Assembly: GCA_963841435.1 (NCBI GenBank)
Contig: CAWJCS010000001.1
Span: 288,001 to 352,000, forward strand
Reading direction: 5' to 3'
DNA length: 64,000 bases
Source: an uncultured delta proteobacterium
GTDB taxonomy: Bacteria; Myxococcota_A; Polyangia; Polyangiales; Polyangiaceae
The first letter of the stretch is position 1. The number at the start of each line of letters is the position of its first letter. The notes under the pieces were generated by a model. That model was not told the DNA's origin, searched no databases, and saw nothing but the letters and a program-made list of their open reading frames with translations. A program made the position numbers and the translations under genes. Positions 18,275-27,266 of the stretch are shown piece by piece.

Positions 18275-19588
18275 TTACGGCGATCGCGCCGGTTCGATCG
18301 CCACGGCCATGTGCGTCAAGCGCCCCGAATAGGGAACGCTCCAGGTCGGTGTGTAGTTGCCGGGGCCCGGCGAGTACGCGGACGAGCCGGCGGCGTATAG
18401 CCCGAACCCTCGGGTCGCGGGACCGCCGGCTGACGCCACCACCGGCGTGCTGAGCGTCTCGGTCATGCTCAAGCCGCTGGAGGGGCTGATCGACCACGTC
18501 GGACATCCCGCGGTCGTGACGTTCTTCGGGCAGCTCATGTTCGTCATGTAGTCCACCGTGATGAAACTGAGGATGCGCGAGCCAGTCGTCGCGACCCGAA
18601 CTGTTGAACCAGCGACACTGGGGTCGGGTGGGTCCGGGGACGATGTTGTGCCGAGATACGACCCTGCATAGCCGCCGATGGGCGCGGTGGGCTGTACCCC
18701 GTTCAACTGGAGGACCTGAGCGATGATTGCTTGCGGCGCGGGGGCCGTGCTGCCGTCGATGATCACGGCTTGCTCACCCGAGAGCCCGCTGAGGTCCGGT
18801 TCCGTGAGGTAGTAGGCAAACAGAGACGGCGACCACCAGTCTTCGACGCCGGGCTGCTCCGGGCCCGCCGTCAGGGTGGCGCCTCCGTAGGTCACGCGGT
18901 CCGGCCGTGCGCCGGCAATCCCGTTGTTTCCGCTTTGCGATTCGACGATTACCACGACGGCTCGATCACTGCCCGCCTGCAGAGCATGCATCAGACTCAG
19001 CGTGTCCCCCGCGACGCTCCCCTCCGCCGTGTTCACCAGCGTGATCTGCGCCTGACACTGGTACACGTCCGCCGTCCCCACGCAGTATGGCGTGCCACCC
19101 GCGCACGCGTTCTTGCAGCGACCGCAGGTCTCGGTCGCGGTGAGGTCTGCCTCGCAGCCGTTGTCGGGGTTGCCGTCGCAGTCGGCGTGAAGGGCGTCGT
19201 CGCACTGGGTCGTCGTTCCGGTGCCGCCCTCCGCCGGAACGCCGGCGTCACCGAGGACACCTGCGTTGCCCCCGCGCCCCGCCGTTCCGCCAGCCCCACC
19301 CTTGCCCGCTGTCCCTCCCGTCTGGCTGCCGCTCGTTCCCGAACCGCCCCCGCCCCCGCTCCCGGTGGTGCCACCGCGGCCGCCGCTCACGCCGGAGCCG
19401 CTGGTTCCACCGCCGCCGAGCATGCCCGCCTCGCCACCCGGCTCGTTGTTGCCGCCAGCGCCACCGCGACCCCCAAGCCCACCTGCGCCCGCGCTCGGTC
19501 GCCGTTCGAGCGGATAGTCCTTCGGGCTGATGAGGCAGCCCACGAAGCACAGCGCGGGCACTGCCGCGACGAGCAATTTGTTCACCAT
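18275..19588 (-). CDS. Gly-rich, Cys-motif myxobacterial lipoprotein
   Basis: Lipobox CFVGC; DCDGNPDNGCEADL...CGRCKNAC motif; overlaps the upstream gene stop. Confidence 0.7.
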   Translation of the reverse strand: MVNKLLVAAVPALCFVGCLISPKDYPLERRPSAGAGGLGGRGGAGGNNEPGGEAGMLGGGGTSGSGVSGGRGGTTGSGGGGGSGTSGSQTGGTAGKGGAGGTAGRGGNAGVLGDAGVPAEGGTGTTTQCDDALHADCDGNPDNGCEADLTATETCGRCKNACAGGTPYCVGTADVYQCQAQITLVNTAEGSVAGDTLSLMHALQAGSDRAVVVIVESQSGNNGIAGARPDRVTYGGATLTAGPEQPGVEDWWSPSLFAYYLTEPDLSGLSGEQAVIIDGSTAPAPQAIIAQVLQLNGVQPTAPIGGYAGSYLGTTSSPDPPDPSVAGSTVRVATTGSRILSFITVDYMTNMSCPKNVTTAGCPTWSISPSSGLSMTETLSTPVVASAGGPATRGFGLYAAGSSAYSPGPGNYTPTWSVPYSGRLTHMAVAIEPARSP

Positions 19589-20573
19589 GCCCCCCGCCAT
19601 CCCATCAGGAACCCTGCGGGACCGTGGTTGCTCGCCTGTGCGGACGGCGCCGGCGCGTCAGCAGTGAAGTAAAGAAAGGTTCCCCCTGCCACGCCGACGA
19701 GACCGACCGCGAAGCCAACCGTGCTGATCGTCGCAAAGGTGTGGGCGGACTTGTTCGCGTCGAAGCCGGTCTGGTTGCACACCCTGCGATCGTCGAAGCA
19801 ATTCCTGTTACCGATTGCTTCCTTGTTCAGGCCGAGGATGCCGGTCACCGTTCCCACGACGAGTCCCGCGGCGCCGACCCCACCAACGACCAGCGCCAGG
19901 GTGCGTTGCTCGACCCCGAGCAACCGCTTCTCGCGGTCCGTCCGCGCGGGTGCCGGGGCCACGGGCTGCACCGGCGCCGCGTCGGGGCGCTTTCCGCTCG
20001 CGGGTGGGAGCCCGAGCGGCACTGTCAGCTCGACCGTCTTGCCCTCGACGAGCTCGACGACCGTCGTTTCGTCGGGACGGCCCGGCGACGTAACGACCGC
20101 CTCACGGCTTCCGGGGTCCAGCGGGATGGCGCTACCGAAGCTCGGGCTCGTGAAGCTCAGGTCGCCCACGCGGACGCGCGTCTTCAGCGAAGCGCCGGAG
20201 CGCAAGTGGAGGCGCAGGTACGGAAGCCGCGCGGCGAGCTCGTCGATGCGTTGCTTCGCGACGGGGATGCGCGTGTCGCCCGGGTCGAGCTTTCGTAACG
20301 ATTCGTGAAACAACTGCCAGGCCGTCGCGACGCGACCGCGCTGCTCCTCACAGTTCGCGAGGTTGAGCACCGTTCCGACGGCGGGGTCGAGGCGCTGGCT
20401 CTCACGGAATTTCGCGCACGCGGTGTCGAAATCCTGCTGGGCCATGGCCGCGCGCCCCTCGTCGAAGAGTGCCTCCGCCGCTGGCGCGCCGGACTGCGCC
20501 GAGGCACTCCGCGTCATCATGAGCACCACGCACGCGGTCGCTACGGCGACGCCACGCACCGAGATGCCTTGTG
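19582..20573 (-). pseudogene. TPR/PEGA-like membrane protein separated from its start codon (23329) by IS66
   Basis: AEALFDEGR...ACAKFRESQRLDPAVGTVLNLANCEE; removing the IS and one TSD restores MTSSLLRTRPQGISVRG. Confidence 0.8.
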
Positions 20574-20650
20574 GTATCCGGAGCGCGGACCCCGTACTTG
20601 AAGGGGTAGCGGCCTGACGCGATAGTCGCGTGGTGACGGAGCGTGCGACT

Positions 20651-22450
20651 TCAGCTCGGCGGCGGCTGCTCGGTCGTGTCCAGAGGCGAGGACGGGACGG
20701 TGACGTGGCCAAGCTCGGCGGCGAGCTCGGTCTGGTCGAGTCGCTCGCGCGTTCGCGCCCAGTAGGCGGGAGCGAGCTCGAGGTAACGGTCGCGAGGCCA
20801 GTAGGGCATGACGCGGATCACCTCGGCGAGGTAGCACTCGGGGTCGAGGTCGTGGAGCTTGCAGCTAGCGATGAGGGAGTAGAGGTTGGCGGCGGCCTCG
20901 GCGTGGTCGTCGGAGCCGAAGAAGAGCCAGGCTTTTCTGCCGGTGGCGACGATTCGGAGGGCATTTTCGCTCGGGTTGTTGTCCATGCGCAGCCTGCCGT
21001 CGTCGAGGAAGCGGCGCAGGGCAAGCTCTTGGCGCATGGCGTAGCCGAGGGCCTTGTTGACGAGCCCGCGTTGTTGGCTCGTCAGGTCGTCTTGGGCGCG
21101 CACGCAGGCGAAGAACTCGTTGACGAAGGGCCTGAGGATGGTCTGCCGCTTCTGGAGTCGAGCGGCGGGAGGCAAGTCGTTCCACGCCTGATCGAGCTCG
21201 TAGAGCCTTCTGATCCGCAGCAGACCTTCGCGACCGACGGCGAAGCCGGAGACTGCGGCTTCCCAGAAGCGCCGGCGGCAGTGACTCCAGCAGGCGACCT
21301 CGGTGGGCGCGTCGCTCGCGTCATCGACGGCATCGCCACGGAACAGGGCGTCGTAGATGGCGTGAGCGTCGGCTTGGATGTAGCCGGAGAAGCCGCGGAA
21401 CATGTCGCAGACGGCGGCGCTGGTGTGCTTGGGCTGGTACTCGAAGAAGACGTGCTTCCGGTCGGCCAAAACGACGAAGAAGTGGCCCTTTTTGCAGGGT
21501 TGCCGCCTTCCGTCTGGAAGTGGCTCCGGGCGGATCGCGACTCCGGTGGCATCGGTCGAAAGGCAGAAGGCGTGTTTGCGGGCGTCGTCGGCGCAAGCGA
21601 GCACGATGGGGCCGAGCGAGGCGCCCACGTCCTCGACCGAGCGGGCCATGGTGCCGCGATCGAGCTCGATGCCGTCGGCTGTGAGCTGCTCTTCCTGCCG
21701 GAAGTAGGGCAAGCCGAAGCGAAACTTCTGCACGATGATGCGAGCGAGCATGCTCGGAGCGCAGAGGCCGCGGCGCACGAGCAGGCGCGGCAGCGGCGCC
21801 GTGAGGATGGTGAAGCGCGCGCCGTCCTGCTCGAGCACGGTGGCGTCCTCGGGCAGAGCGGCGGGAGAATTGGGGTCGGTGGCGGTCCTGTACTTGGCCC
21901 GCGCGATGACGACGCGGACGGCCTCGGGCCGTTGGTAGCCGAGCTTGTAGCTCGTTTCCCAGCCGATGAAGGTGCCCTTGCTTGCGAGCTCGGCATCGCG
22001 GATCTCGATGCGGCGCTCGGGCAGGTGGTCGGCGTCCGCCAGATTTCTGCGACCTCTGGGCTTGGTTTTGGCCCTTGCCGGTGGTTTACCAGCGGGCCGA
22101 GCACCGGGGCCATCGCCGGCCGCGCCTGACTCGGCCTCTGCGTCGAGCTTCCGAGCAAGCTCGTCAAGCTTCTGCTTGGTGCTCGCGAATTCGAGCTCGA
22201 GCTGGGTCGCGTTGACGCGCTCGGCCTTGGCGATGAAGATGCGCCGGCGGAGCAGCTCGAACTGCTCCATGAGCTGCCGGTAAGCGCGGCGGAGGTTGTC
22301 GCGCTCGCTGATGACACCGGCGAGCCGATCGCTGGTTAACGCGAGCTGGTCGCTGGTTGACGCGAGCTCGCGCTGCATGTGAGCGACGAGAGCTTCGAGC
22401 GCTTGAACACGCGACGACGATTCTGCTTCAGCGACGCTCACGGCAGGCAT
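20651..22450 (-). CDS. tnpC: IS66 transposase
   Basis: LPYFRQE, STDAT, YIQADAH, ACWSHCRRRF, DNNPSENALR, SCKLHDLDP. Confidence 0.95.
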   Translation of the reverse strand: MPAVSVAEAESSSRVQALEALVAHMQRELASTSDQLALTSDRLAGVISERDNLRRAYRQLMEQFELLRRRIFIAKAERVNATQLELEFASTKQKLDELARKLDAEAESGAAGDGPGARPAGKPPARAKTKPRGRRNLADADHLPERRIEIRDAELASKGTFIGWETSYKLGYQRPEAVRVVIARAKYRTATDPNSPAALPEDATVLEQDGARFTILTAPLPRLLVRRGLCAPSMLARIIVQKFRFGLPYFRQEEQLTADGIELDRGTMARSVEDVGASLGPIVLACADDARKHAFCLSTDATGVAIRPEPLPDGRRQPCKKGHFFVVLADRKHVFFEYQPKHTSAAVCDMFRGFSGYIQADAHAIYDALFRGDAVDDASDAPTEVACWSHCRRRFWEAAVSGFAVGREGLLRIRRLYELDQAWNDLPPAARLQKRQTILRPFVNEFFACVRAQDDLTSQQRGLVNKALGYAMRQELALRRFLDDGRLRMDNNPSENALRIVATGRKAWLFFGSDDHAEAAANLYSLIASCKLHDLDPECYLAEVIRVMPYWPRDRYLELAPAYWARTRERLDQTELAAELGHVTVPSSPLDTTEQPPPS

Positions 22451-22529
22451 GGCTCTACCTGAAGCGAGTCGAATTTGTCGAGCACAAACGCCACTTCGAG
22501 CGTCGCCCGAGGGCGTGACCGCCGCGAGG

Positions 22530-22886
22530 TCAGTGAACGCGAACGCGCGATCGCGGCGCAGGCCTCGACGCTCGAGCGAGGTTGACTCCGTCGAGCAACG
22601 CGTCGAGCAGGCTTTCGTCGAGCTCGACGTGGCGCGCCCCCGGCGTGCCCGCCTCCGGCACGCGAAACACCCCACGATCCAAGCGCTTGTAAAAGAGACA
22701 CATTCCTGAGCCGTCGAAGAACAGCACCTTCACCGCGGTCTTTCGCTTTCCGAAGTAGATGAAGAGCGCCCCGCTCCGTGCGTCGTAGCCGATGCGCTCG
22801 AGCGCCGCCCCGGCGAGTCTGTCGAACGACCAGCGCATGTCAACCGGCTCGAGCGCCACGAAAATCTGAACGCCGCTCGGGATCAT
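22530..22886 (-). CDS. tnpB: IS66 accessory protein TnpB (Orf2)
   Basis: PVDMRWSFDRL...KVLFFDGSGMCLFYKRLDRGVF. Confidence 0.9.
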   Translation of the reverse strand: MIPSGVQIFVALEPVDMRWSFDRLAGAALERIGYDARSGALFIYFGKRKTAVKVLFFDGSGMCLFYKRLDRGVFRVPEAGTPGARHVELDESLLDALLDGVNLARASRPAPRSRVRVH

Positions 22887-23233
22887 CGCGCCCCCCGCAG
22901 AGCCTGAACGACGTCTCGCAGCAGCGCCGCGTCGAATCCGCGGCGCACCGCGATGCGTGCCCCTGCGACCTCGAGCACCATGTCCTCGGCGACTGCTCCT
23001 CGCCCCGGGCGCCGAACGACCTCCGTCAACTCGATGCCGGCCGCCGGGTGCCGACTCGCCCCCGCGACTCGTCGTTTCCGACCCCCGCCGCCCGACCGCC
23101 GCAGTCGCGATGCCGCCCACTGCAACGTCGAGCCTGCGTATGGCTTGTCCGCCGCGAACTCAGGAGCGGTCTTCCCGCTCCCCCGCCATGCCTCGACCCG
23201 CTCCGCCCAAACGGCTTGTGTCTCCGCTTTCAT
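22883..23233 (-). CDS. tnpA: IS66 accessory protein TnpA (Orf1)
   Basis: WAERVEAWRGSGKTAPEFA and GFDAALLRDVVQAL; ATGA-coupled to tnpB. Confidence 0.85.
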   Translation of the reverse strand: MKAETQAVWAERVEAWRGSGKTAPEFAADKPYAGSTLQWAASRLRRSGGGGRKRRVAGASRHPAAGIELTEVVRRPGRGAVAEDMVLEVAGARIAVRRGFDAALLRDVVQALRGAR

Positions 23234-23325
23234 TCGCGCGAGCCTGCACGCTCGTCACGAACTCGTGAAGTACGGGGTCTGCGCTCCGGATACGCCTTGT
23301 GGACGGGTCCGTAACAGTGAGGAGG

Positions 23326-24771
23326 TCATCGGCGTGATGCGAAAGGATCAGCCGGCAGGGCCACAGCCGGAAGACTCTTTCTCGCAGGGTTCGGCGGCGC
23401 GGAAACCGGAGCGGACACACAGGCGGCGGGGGCCGGGACTCGCACCGAATGAGCAGGGGCAGGTGAGGCCTCCGCGGGGAGCTCGTCCAGCGTCACGGCG
23501 GGAGGCTCGGAGTGTTCTCCCCCTTCCATCGAGGGTTCAGGGGATGGCTTCGCCGGGGCGCTCTCGGCTTCCACCGCGACGGGAGTCCCGGCATCGACGT
23601 GCTCGGGAGCGGGCGCATCGTTCTGCAAAGCCATCCAGGTTCCGACCGCGGCGGCGAGCAACACCACGCCACCACCCAGCGCGTAAGTCGTCACCGTTCG
23701 GCTCCCGAACGCGCGTGCACCGCTATGCGCCACACCCCGCCCGGTGGTGAGATTCGGCCCCTTCGGCAAAGGCGCCGACGCGGCCGGGATCTCCGAGTCG
23801 ATTCGAGGAGGCGCGACACCCTTCTGATCCTCGAACGTATCAACCGTGATCGGCCGCGCAAGAGCCTCCTCGACCGACTCCGAGCTCGTCTGAAGGCCTG
23901 CATACGCCCGCCGGAGCGCTGTCTGCATCGTCGTCGCACTCGACCAGCGTTCGGCCTTGTCATACGCGAGCGCCCGATCGACGAGCTCCACGATGGGGAA
24001 GGGAAGGTCCGGCCTGAGGTCGGCCACGGACCGCGCCCTCGCCGTCACCGCCTGCACGAGCGCCTCGTTCGTCGTCTCCGCCTCGTGCACGTAACGCCCC
24101 GTGAGCAGCGTGAACATCGTCGCGCCGAGCGCCCACACATCACTCCGTCCGTCAACCTCTTCCCACCGCCCGCGCGCCTGCTCCGGCGGCATGAACGCCG
24201 GGGTGCCCATCGTGCTCCCCGTCTGGGTCTTCGAGGCGGTCGAGCCAAGCTCCCGGAGCCGGGCGATGCCGAAATCGAGCACCTTCACGACGCCCGAGCG
24301 CGTGAGGAACAGGTTCTCGGGTTTCAGATCGCGGTGGACGATGCCCTTGTCGTGCGCCGCGCTCAGCGTCCCGAGCACTTGATCGACGAGTGAGAGGACT
24401 TCGTCGGGCGGCAGCTGCTTCTGTTTACGCTCCCAGCGTGCCTCGAGCGTTTCGCCCTCGAGCAGCTCCATCACGAGGAAAGCGCAGCCGTCCTCGGCCA
24501 CGTCGTCGTCGTCCACCGCGACGGCCCCGGGGTGCCCCACGGAGTTCGCGGCGTACCCCTCGCGCAGGAAGCGCTCCCGCACGGAAGTGTTCATGGAGAG
24601 CTCGGAATGGAGCACCTTGACCGCCGCGCGCTTCCGGTTTCGGTGCGTCGCCGCATAGACCGCCGCCATGCCGCCCACGCCGAGCAGGCGGTCGAGCATC
24701 CATTTCCCCTTCAGGGTCTGTCCCACCCGGCCTTCCGCCCGCCGTGCGATGTCCGCGAAGCCGTCGGTCAC
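23326..24771 (-). CDS. Membrane Ser/Thr protein kinase
   Basis: LGVGGMAAVY, AVKVL, HRDLKPENL, DFG, GTPAFMPPEQ, then a TM helix. Confidence 0.95.
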   Translation of the reverse strand: MTDGFADIARRAEGRVGQTLKGKWMLDRLLGVGGMAAVYAATHRNRKRAAVKVLHSELSMNTSVRERFLREGYAANSVGHPGAVAVDDDDVAEDGCAFLVMELLEGETLEARWERKQKQLPPDEVLSLVDQVLGTLSAAHDKGIVHRDLKPENLFLTRSGVVKVLDFGIARLRELGSTASKTQTGSTMGTPAFMPPEQARGRWEEVDGRSDVWALGATMFTLLTGRYVHEAETTNEALVQAVTARARSVADLRPDLPFPIVELVDRALAYDKAERWSSATTMQTALRRAYAGLQTSSESVEEALARPITVDTFEDQKGVAPPRIDSEIPAASAPLPKGPNLTTGRGVAHSGARAFGSRTVTTYALGGGVVLLAAAVGTWMALQNDAPAPEHVDAGTPVAVEAESAPAKPSPEPSMEGGEHSEPPAVTLDELPAEASPAPAHSVRVPAPAACVSAPVSAPPNPARKSLPAVALPADPFASRR

Positions 24772-25001
24772 GTTGCCCCCTCAGCCGCCGGGGCGAGAAC
24801 TGACGCCGGTTGACGCGCGACCGTGGTCAGGTCGCTCGGTTCGAAGGGCGGGCGCTCGCATTGGGGCCCGATGGTAAACCCGTGTCCAGCGGGGCGCTAG
24901 ACCCCTCAGGGATAAGGTGGCGAGTGGGTGTTTGTCGTCTGGGTTGCGGGCGGGGTAGGGGTTATTGGGAGCTCGAACCAAGGCGGAGATGGAGGAGTGA
25001 G

Positions 25002-25758
25002 ATGAGGGTCGTTTCCTGGAACATGAACCACTGCATGCGATCTCCTCAGAGTCGCGCGGGCGCGTGGGCTTACTTGCGGGAGGAGCTCCGGGCGGATATC
25101 GCCCTTGTGCAGGAGGCGGTGCCACCCGAAGAGTTGCCTGCCGTCTACAAGCCGATCGACGGCACTCTGCCCAATACAATTGGGGCTCCGGCGTCGTCGC
25201 CCTGTCGCCGAGGTTCACCCTACGGCCGTGGCTCAGGGCGAGACCTGTTTCATCGCGGCAAGCGTCTACGGAAAGTGGGACTACCTGCCGAACGAGCAGA
25301 TCTACGCTCTCTCCACCGTTCACAGAATACTCTCTGATTTGACGCCTCTCCTAGTGGGCCCCGGAAAGAGGCAGCATGCGACCCCGGTGCTGGTTGCCGG
25401 CGATCTCAATGCGACGACCCAGGTCGCCGCGGGGAACCAGTGGAGGTGCGAGGGTGAGGAGGCGGATGTTCTCTTCGGCCGTTTTCGAGCGCTGGGGTTG
25501 CGCGACGTGATCGCCCACACTGCACGAAGCCGTCCGCGTCTCGACCCCTGCAGCTGTCCCGAGGCAACCACTTGCTCGCACGCGCGGACCTACCGGAACG
25601 CGAACCGAGCGGATAGCCGACCGACGCAGCTCGACTACGTGTTCGTGTCAGATGCGCTGCTTCCGACGGTGACGGCGTGCACCGTTCATGACGTTGAGGG
25701 CGCCTGGCAGCTCTCGGATCACTGTCCCGTCGTCGTGGACCTGAGCGAGCGTGCGTAG
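25002..25758 (+). pseudogene. EEP-family nuclease, frameshifted (about 25170 and 25235)
   Basis: MRVVSWN...DIALVQE in one frame; AGDLN, QLDYVF and LSDHCPV in another; GGAGG upstream. Confidence 0.75.
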
Positions 25759-25904
25759 AGTCCCTGGCTCGGCGCGGCGGACCTACTCACGACGGAAGCC
25801 GCGGCGGCGCTCGGCCCGGCGTTACTCCAGAAGGACCTTGATCTTCAGGGCCGTCGACTTCAGTTCCGCAGAGTCGAGGCCTTTCCCGGGATTGGATCGC
25901 GAGT

Positions 25905-27266
25905 TCAGCGAAGGAGACTCGCTTCCGTACGGACTCGGTGACTCGACCCGCTCTGGCCGCGACCGGCTTCCTCAGCCTCGCGCCCGAAAACCAGACGCCG
26001 AGCGAGCTGCTCCTGCTGTCTCCCATGGTGTGCGCCGTCGCGGACAAGGTCGAGTAGTTCCTCAACAATCACGGGCCGCAGCGCCACGTAGGCCCTGATC
26101 GCGCTGGACGCGGGCTCGCGGATTTCGAGGATGCTTTCGCGCGCCGCGCTCGCCTCCGTTGGGTACAGGATCGCGGCGGTGGCACCCTGCGGCTGACTCA
26201 TCGCATACACGGCGAGCTGGTAGAGCATTTCGCGCGGCAGATCGTTTTCCCAGATGTCACGGTACTTGGCGTCCAGAAGGTGACGAGGACCGCGGCGGTG
26301 GCGAACCGCGAAGTCCGGACGGGGCAAGGGAGAACGGCGCTTCCGAGGGTTGAAACCGTCGCGATAGGCCATCATGCCCCGAAGCGGCACCTCATCCTCC
26401 ACGTCGCAGTCGGGCAGCGATTCGCGGAGGAAGCGGCCGAGAAGCGCCTGGAAGAAGCGGTTCATGTCGAATAGGAATCCCTTGAGCCCGAGGGTCGTGC
26501 CGTCTTCGAGACCCAGTCGGCTACCGTCGTACAGCGCCCTGACAAGGCGCAGCGCCGGTTCGTACACCGACACTTGTCGATTCAGCGCTCGGTTCGCAGC
26601 ACGAAGCGTTTCGTCGCTGAGACGTACGGGCGTTGCGAGGTCCGCGTACAGCTGAACGGTCCGCCCGACTTCTCGTTTGAGCTCCCGTGAACATGCGAGG
26701 CGGCTGCCGAGCTGAAGTCCGGAAAGCAGCACCTGGTTGAGCAGAAAATCACTCGAGCGCGGGTGGTGGGTACAGGGCAACGTGACCAGGGACGGATTCG
26801 ACGCGCGCGCCAGGCGTTCAACGTCGACGCGCCCTCGCGGGCTGTGGAGATCGTCGCTGCGGCGAACATACCGCCGGGCGACGCCCCTGCTGATGATCTC
26901 CCGGGCCTCTGCGCGCAGCTGGGCAATGATCAGGTCCTGGAACCCGCCGTGACCCGATGTAAACGTCGCGTCGCCGAACAACTGGAAATTTCTCAACGAG
27001 TACGCATACCGGACGAGTTCGAGCAGCATCAGCGGAGCGAGCTTGGGGCGGATGGTGACCCGCAGCTCACCGATTTCGATGCGGCCCACATGCGCGAAAG
27101 ACCGAACGGCGAGCCCATCCTCGCGGGGCGTGATCTCGAGCGCCCGGCAGCGTTCCAGGCCCTTCGCCACGTCCCGGGAATGGGCGTCTGGAAGTCGCAG
27201 TCCCCGGAGGCGTTTGTCGTTCTCAGGTGCAGCCCAACTCCACTCGGAGAGATCGACGTCGATCAA
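25905..27266 (-). CDS. mcrC: McrC-family restriction endonuclease subunit
   Basis: FDMNRFFQ, RPDF...LLDAKYR, LYQLAVYA; overlaps the mcrB stop. Confidence 0.9.
   Translation of the reverse strand: MIDVDLSEWSWAAPENDKRLRGLRLPDAHSRDVAKGLERCRALEITPREDGLAVRSFAHVGRIEIGELRVTIRPKLAPLMLLELVRYAYSLRNFQLFGDATFTSGHGGFQDLIIAQLRAEAREIISRGVARRYVRRSDDLHSPRGRVDVERLARASNPSLVTLPCTHHPRSSDFLLNQVLLSGLQLGSRLACSRELKREVGRTVQLYADLATPVRLSDETLRAANRALNRQVSVYEPALRLVRALYDGSRLGLEDGTTLGLKGFLFDMNRFFQALLGRFLRESLPDCDVEDEVPLRGMMAYRDGFNPRKRRSPLPRPDFAVRHRRGPRHLLDAKYRDIWENDLPREMLYQLAVYAMSQPQGATAAILYPTEASAARESILEIREPASSAIRAYVALRPVIVEELLDLVRDGAHHGRQQEQLARRLVFGREAEEAGRGQSGSSHRVRTEASLLR

Larger units (their letters stand above)
20574..23293 (-). 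mobile_element. IS66-family insertion sequence (2720 bp)
   Basis: 26-bp IRs GTATCCGGAGCGC(G/A)GACCCCGTACTT; 8-bp TSD GCCTTGTG at 20566-20573 and 23294-23301. Confidence 0.95.

Noticed and set aside
22530-22886. TnpB as an RNA-guided nuclease
   Set aside because: This is the 118-aa IS66 accessory TnpB, unrelated to IS200/IS605 TnpB; it has no RuvC or zinc finger.
24772-24813. Apparent similarity (SAAGARTDA) to 29940-29980 in plus-strand translations
   Set aside because: The DNA identity is low and the match is in non-coding frames, so it is likely chance.
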